From a bacterium (lineage in GTDB: Bacteria; Bdellovibrionota_C; UBA2361; RFPC01): a DNA stretch of 64,000 nt. A program made the position numbers and the translations under genes. A model generated the notes under the pieces. It ran no database searches. It worked only from the letters and a program-made list of their open reading frames with translations, and was not told where the DNA came from. Location: assembly GCA_009926305.1 (NCBI GenBank), contig RFPC01000002.1, forward strand, positions 1,932-65,931, read 5' to 3'. Shown here one piece after another: positions 59,118 through 64,000 of the stretch; within the stretch, counting starts at the first letter, position 1, and the number at the start of each line of letters is the position of its first letter.

Positions 59118-60098
59118 TCATACGACTGCAACTCCACCGATATTTCGATATTTCTTATATCGGGATTCAAGTAGCTCTCCGACACTTAGCTTGCTCAGTG
59201 TTTCTAGCTGTGTCCTAAGCGCTTCGCCAAGTTTTTCAGCCGCTTCCTTATGATTCCAGTGCGCCCCTCCGAGTGGCTCAGCGACCACTTCGTCCACAAT
59301 TCCAAAAGATTTCAATCTATCAGATGTGACTTGCAGAGCGTCAGCCGCTGTTGCCACCATCTGCGTCGAATCATCACCCTTTGCATGCCAGAGGATTGAT
59401 GCGCATCCCTCAGGAGTAATTACCGAGTAACACGCGTATTCTAGCATGAGTATCCTATCTGATACTCCAAGAGCTAGGGCTCCTCCACTTCCTCCTTCGC
59501 CAATCACGACACTAATTACAGGCGTGGTTAACTCTGAGAGCTCCTGAAGATTCCGAGCGATTGCCTCACTCTGTCCACGCTCTTCAGCTTCAATACCGGG
59601 ATACGCTCCCTGTGTATCGATGAATGTTATGACGGGAAGACCAAACTTTTCAGCCAGTCGGAATAAACGGAGCGCCTTTCGGTATCCTTCAGGCTGAGGC
59701 ATGCCGAAATTTCTCTTCAAGCGCTCTTGCATTCCGCGTCCTCGCTCATGACCAACGACCATTACGGGCAGCTCACCAAGAAGAGCTGTTCCACCAACTA
59801 TGGCAGGATCATCACGAAAGGAGCGATCGCCATGCAGCTCTTTGAAATTTGAAAAGATGTAACGGATATAATCCAGGCTAAATGGACGATCAAAGTGTCG
59901 TGACAACTGAACACGTTGGAATGCTGTCAGACGAGAGTACGTGTCTTTTCGAACTCGCTCTGCTTTTGACTGCAACTTTTCAAACTGCTCTGTCTTTGTA
60001 GTATCTCCTGCTGCAATTTCATCTTTCAACGCATCGAGTTGAATCTCTAATTCTAGAAGTCCCCGCTCGAATTCAAGAGGATGTTCGATTATCGTCAT
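59118..60098 (-). CDS. accA: acetyl-CoA carboxylase carboxyltransferase alpha subunit
   Basis: 'LDYIRYIFSNFKELHGDR' and 'VIGEGGSGGALALG' motifs. 326 aa. Confidence 0.95.
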   Translation of the reverse strand: MTIIEHPLEFERGLLELEIQLDALKDEIAAGDTTKTEQFEKLQSKAERVRKDTYSRLTAFQRVQLSRHFDRPFSLDYIRYIFSNFKELHGDRSFRDDPAIVGGTALLGELPVMVVGHERGRGMQERLKRNFGMPQPEGYRKALRLFRLAEKFGLPVITFIDTQGAYPGIEAEERGQSEAIARNLQELSELTTPVISVVIGEGGSGGALALGVSDRILMLEYACYSVITPEGCASILWHAKGDDSTQMVATAADALQVTSDRLKSFGIVDEVVAEPLGGAHWNHKEAAEKLGEALRTQLETLSKLSVGELLESRYKKYRNIGGVAVV

Positions 60099-60296
60099 AC
60101 GTCACACTCAATGGTTGGTATACTTATAGTTCAAAATACAAAGACCCCATAGTGTGTAAGGCATTCCCAAAAATTGCAAATCTTCCCCATTTTTTCGGCA
60201 CTTTAAAACGTTCCAAGGCGCCTGATTAAAACTTAAATCACTCAAAGAACTTACATTTTCCCCAAAAAACTCGTGCAATACCAGTTCCTCGCGGCC

Positions 60297-61406
60297 CTAG
60301 AGCTCTAGGGCACCAGCATGAACAAACCAAACGACATGGCCTTCAGCTTCTAACGCACCGCTATCCTTCGCACCAATCTGCGAAGAATTCCACCGCTTCT
60401 CTAACGCTTCAATCAGCTCATCACTAGACCATCGCCAAACATGAAAACCTTTCCTGCGTTCACCAGCTGCGCCGCGTATTCCAGAATCCTCCGCTAAGAT
60501 CTGAACCTGTTCTTGACGGTGCTCTTCAATGCTCGGCGAAATATTCCATTCAAACTTTTGTGGGGCATTCCGCCAATAGGTCATCTGCCGCTTCGCATAT
60601 CGCCTTGTTGCCTGAGAGATTTCACGAACAATCTCTCTATGGGCCTCTTCGCTCACTGAGTGCCGGCTAATAAGCCGCTCAAAAACTTGCTTGTAGCCTA
60701 ATGCTGTCTGACATTGCCACTGGGAACCATAACAGCCGAACAGATAGCGAGCCTCTTCAATAATCCCATTCGCTACCATCCGTTGCGATCGCTTCTCAAT
60801 ACGCCTATAGAGATCTGAGCGAGACCAAACAGGCACAATAACCGTGGCATTTCTACAATGCTGGATACGGGCCTCTTGTTTGCACAGTTCGGAATAACTT
60901 TTTCCAGAGACCAGACAAACCTCAAGGGCCCTGATGATACGAATTCTGTCATTCGGATGAAGGGCTTCCGCCCGTTCAGGATCAAGCGTTTCCAATCGTT
61001 TGTGAAGCTCTTCCACTTCTTCACGCTCGAGTTCTTTCCGTAACTCGGGTTTTGATGCGGGGAGGCGAGAAATTCCAGCCAACAATCCCTCGAGATACAA
61101 CGTTGAGCCACCGACAAGTACTGGCATTACCCCCCTGCTCTGAACATCCTCGAGAATTCCACAGGCTGCGTGAACGTAACTCTGTACATCACATGGCATA
61201 GCACCAGATAAGGTTCCAAATAAGTGATAAGGAAGCTGCTCTCTGTAGGTGGACTTCGGCATGGCAGCACCGATATCGTGCTCAGCATACAGTTGCACCG
61301 AATCGGCATTGACAATTTCGCCCGCGAAGTGTCCGGCAATGCGGTGTGCTAGTTCACTCTTCCCGCTCCCAGTAGGGCCAGAGATAATAATAGGCGCTTG
61401 GATCAT
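60297..61406 (-). CDS. miaA: tRNA dimethylallyltransferase, with C-terminal extension
   Basis: P-loop 'ISGPTGSGKSELA' and 'NADSVQLY' motifs. 369 aa. mutL-miaA adjacency as in many bacteria. Confidence 0.9.
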   Translation of the reverse strand: MIQAPIIISGPTGSGKSELAHRIAGHFAGEIVNADSVQLYAEHDIGAAMPKSTYREQLPYHLFGTLSGAMPCDVQSYVHAACGILEDVQSRGVMPVLVGGSTLYLEGLLAGISRLPASKPELRKELEREEVEELHKRLETLDPERAEALHPNDRIRIIRALEVCLVSGKSYSELCKQEARIQHCRNATVIVPVWSRSDLYRRIEKRSQRMVANGIIEEARYLFGCYGSQWQCQTALGYKQVFERLISRHSVSEEAHREIVREISQATRRYAKRQMTYWRNAPQKFEWNISPSIEEHRQEQVQILAEDSGIRGAAGERRKGFHVWRWSSDELIEALEKRWNSSQIGAKDSGALEAEGHVVWFVHAGALEL

Positions 61407-61539
61407 AAATCGAAACTAATCTCATACGACAAACGACAATAGTACACCACATTGCCGTTTTGATTGCATCACCCCTTCTAACATCTCTTCAGAAAATAGC
61501 TGAATGAAAAATACTGGTCCACTTTTTCTGTAGCTCTGC

Positions 61540-63384
61540 TTACTGTCGGCCGAACCGACGCTCAAGCTCGGTCTTCCCAAAGGTGGCTATCACTGGCCGT
61601 CCGTGAGGACATGCCGAGCTCCATTCTGCCTCGTCGAGTGCGGCAAACAGTGCAAAAACTTCTTCTCGAGTCTGGAGGTCTCCAGAGCGAATACTCGCAT
61701 GACACGCCAGCCGAGCCGCCACCTTCTCTAATTCACTTTCCAAGGCTCTTTCTACTGGCAAATCCTCCTCCGCCAACTCACGTAAGGCTGATTTTACTTG
61801 CTTCAGGGCTATCCAAGTTGGTTTCTCTTTCACCTCCAGAGTTGTCTCGGTTTTTGACTCTATCTCAAATCCACACGCAGAGAGCAGTGGCACTTGCTCC
61901 ATGACTCTTGCAATAATCTCTGAGTCAAATTGCAAGGTCAGCGGAATCAGCAAAACCTCTTTATGTGGCTCATCACTTCGCAATCGCTCAAGAATAATGT
62001 TGTAATTTATACGCTCATGGGCGGCATGCATATCTAGAACAACCAACTGTTCTTCATATTCACAAATAAGATAGCAAGAAAGCACTGTGCCGAGATATCG
62101 AAGATCCTGATATCGGAAGACTGAGGCAGCCCCCTGCACTTGCCTCCCTGAACCGTCGAGGGCACCACTTGGCACATCTCCATCCGCAAGCAATCCTGCA
62201 ACCGGGACTGAAGATTCAGAACCCTCGACACCTTCCGAAGTTGTTCTTGTGTAGTCCCGGTCACTCAGAGAGGACTCAAAATAAAATCGCTCGGAAGATG
62301 CCGCACTGGCGCGTTGATAACCCGAGTACGCACTCGCATCACGTTGAGGTGCAGGCGATGAATGGCTCTTTAAGCCAGATTCCGTCATTCGGTTTGCAAG
62401 CGGGCTTTCAAACCCTCCAACTGCTGAGCGCACTCCACGGAGAACCAGTTGAAACAAACGAGAACTATTCCAAAATCGAACTTCTTGTTTTTGAGGATGT
62501 ACATTAATGTCTACTAGCTCTCCAGGAAGTTCAACATGTAAGTATCCGAGAGGAGCTTGCTGAGCTTTTAGCGTTCCTCCAAATCCCTCTCGAGCCGCTC
62601 TCAAAATAGCCCGGTCGGATAACATTCTTCCATTTACAAAAAAAGCGAGCGCAGATGGTGTTGACTTTGCATACTGAGGGGCACAGAGATAGCCTGTGAC
62701 ACGAAGCTGTTGTTCTTCATATTCGACTGCAACTGCTTCTCCTGGATAGACCTCACGTGCTCTATCGAGCGATGATGTTCGAGGGGCAAGTTGCAATTTT
62801 TCTTTTCCATCAACGAGAAGACGTAGCCTCGTTTGTGGATGCAATAATGCATTGGCCCGCAACCAACCTGTAATCTTGACAACCTCTCCCCTGTCTGTTT
62901 TTAAGAACTTCTTTCTCGCTGGGGTATTAAAGAATAAATCCTGAACAACAATTTCAGTCCCGACTGGCATAGCTACGAGCGAACGTTTGACGAGCTCTCC
63001 TCCTTCAAACTCAACCTCAACACCAACTTCTGCCGAGTGGTGCCTGCTCCTCACCCGACACTTCGAGACTGAGGAGATAGACGCCAGCGCTTCTCCTCGA
63101 AATCCAAAAGATTGAATAGTGCTCAGATCTTCTTCTTTCTCAATCTTAGAAGTCGCATGCCGCTCAAATGCAAGCTCTATCTCATCAGCTACAATCCCAG
63201 AACCATCATCGCTTACTCGTATAAGACTCTGCCCGCCATCTCGAATCTCAACAGTAATAGAAGTAGCCCCAGCATCAAGCGAGTTATCGACTAACTCGCG
63301 CACTACTGACAAGGGGCGTTCAACTACTTCACCCGCCGCTATCCGATTAATAGTTTCTTCTGAAAGTTTCTTTATCATCATCAT
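61540..63384 (-). CDS. mutL: DNA mismatch repair protein MutL
   Basis: 'IAAGEVVERPLSVVRELVDNSLDAGAT' GHKL ATPase N-terminus and a C-terminal dimerisation domain. 614 aa. Confidence 0.95.
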   Translation of the reverse strand: MMMIKKLSEETINRIAAGEVVERPLSVVRELVDNSLDAGATSITVEIRDGGQSLIRVSDDGSGIVADEIELAFERHATSKIEKEEDLSTIQSFGFRGEALASISSVSKCRVRSRHHSAEVGVEVEFEGGELVKRSLVAMPVGTEIVVQDLFFNTPARKKFLKTDRGEVVKITGWLRANALLHPQTRLRLLVDGKEKLQLAPRTSSLDRAREVYPGEAVAVEYEEQQLRVTGYLCAPQYAKSTPSALAFFVNGRMLSDRAILRAAREGFGGTLKAQQAPLGYLHVELPGELVDINVHPQKQEVRFWNSSRLFQLVLRGVRSAVGGFESPLANRMTESGLKSHSSPAPQRDASAYSGYQRASAASSERFYFESSLSDRDYTRTTSEGVEGSESSVPVAGLLADGDVPSGALDGSGRQVQGAASVFRYQDLRYLGTVLSCYLICEYEEQLVVLDMHAAHERINYNIILERLRSDEPHKEVLLIPLTLQFDSEIIARVMEQVPLLSACGFEIESKTETTLEVKEKPTWIALKQVKSALRELAEEDLPVERALESELEKVAARLACHASIRSGDLQTREEVFALFAALDEAEWSSACPHGRPVIATFGKTELERRFGRQ

Positions 63385-64000
63385 TACTGAAGTGCCGGTT
63401 TAAGAGTTACGGTTCGTTGGTCTTCGTGATTTCCACCGCGACGGAGCGAAATTCGTAATGCTTCGCCATGCCGAGCAGCAAGCACCGTAGCCTCTACATC
63501 TTCTACCGATCGCATCTTTTTTCCATCTATGGCAGTTATCAAATCCGCTCTGTCAAAATCTCTTACCACACCACCACGAAAAACCTTTCCAACAGGTCGC
63601 TCAAGTGGCTCAATCCCAGCCTCTTCTGCTGGACTTCCAGGGAGAATCCTCCGCACCAAAGGCCCCTGATTCGTATCTACTAATAACCACCCAACTCGAG
63701 GCCTCAAGACTTTACCAGTAGCAATAAGTTCTGAAAGAATTGCTCGCACTCGGTGAATTGGAACCGCAAAGCTTATACCAGCTGAATCGCCAGATTGACT
63801 CAAGATCGCCGCATTGATTCCTATTAACTCACCCTTTGAATTGAGCAGAGGCCCCCCAGAACTCCCGGGATTCAGCGCTGCATCAGTCTGAATCAGGTCT
63901 TTCATAACAACATTTTTGGGATTCCTTACGGTGCGATGAAGGCTAGAAACAATCCCGCTTGTTAGCGTTCTTGCCAGCCCATGCGGATTACCAATCGCAA
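63384..64000 (-). CDS. HtrA/DegP-family serine protease (C-terminal part; N-terminus beyond window edge)
   Basis: 'NPGSSGGPLLNSKGELIGINAAI' trypsin-fold Ser motif followed by a PDZ domain. The ORF is open to the window end. Confidence 0.8.
   Translation of the reverse strand, partial: AIGNPHGLARTLTSGIVSSLHRTVRNPKNVVMKDLIQTDAALNPGSSGGPLLNSKGELIGINAAILSQSGDSAGISFAVPIHRVRAILSELIATGKVLRPRVGWLLVDTNQGPLVRRILPGSPAEEAGIEPLERPVGKVFRGGVVRDFDRADLITAIDGKKMRSVEDVEATVLAARHGEALRISLRRGGNHEDQRTVTLKPALQ

Noticed and set aside
1-64000. Search for CRISPR arrays, transposases, integrases and prophage genes
   Set aside because: No regularly spaced repeats beyond the two short tandem arrays reported, and no recombinase or transposase-like translations. 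There is no evidence of mobile elements in this window.

Overview
This 64-kb window is a gene-dense, roughly 50 % GC stretch of bacterial chromosome from a Gram-negative organism. It carries a complete Tol-Pal envelope cluster (tolQ-tolR-tolA-tolB-[AstE/AspA-like]-pal-cpoB-like, minus strand). The gene order ispE / tRNA-Gln / prs / rplY / pth is the arrangement I recall from Geobacter-type Deltaproteobacteria. I found no rRNA, CRISPR array, transposase or integrase.

Housekeeping content:
- Glycolysis: gap, tpiA.
- Isoprenoid synthesis: ispB-like, ispH, ispE.
- Translation: rpsF-rplI, rplY, pth, infA, miaA, rluD, coaD, ndk.
- Energy and carbon: H+-pyrophosphatase, etfBA, and a methylmalonyl-CoA mutase / carboxyltransferase / epsilon-like / 1.3S biotin-carrier cluster.
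- Iron uptake: feoAB.
- Repair: mutL.
- Signalling: a hybrid histidine kinase.
- RNA: one tRNA-Gln(UUG).

Accessory content scattered among these:
- A 641-aa orphan coiled-coil protein wedged into the ispE / tRNA-Gln / prs block.
- A protein with FASTK-like helical repeats plus a C-terminal RAP/DUF559 (Vsr-like nuclease-fold) domain, an architecture usually seen in eukaryotic organellar RNA-binding proteins.
- An adjacent GT-C-like membrane glycosyltransferase and a small 2-TM protein.
- A three-gene Wzy_C / 2OG-oxygenase-like / LamG operon.
- An 853-aa Cys-rich secreted protein with a TadE-like N-terminus.
- An orphan type IV pilin and a eukaryote-like trypsin.
- Short tandem direct repeats in two promoter regions.

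Several core proteins (L9, IF-1, CspA, MiaA, IspH) carry unusual terminal extensions. All calls are from reading the translations and the DNA by eye; no database searches were run.
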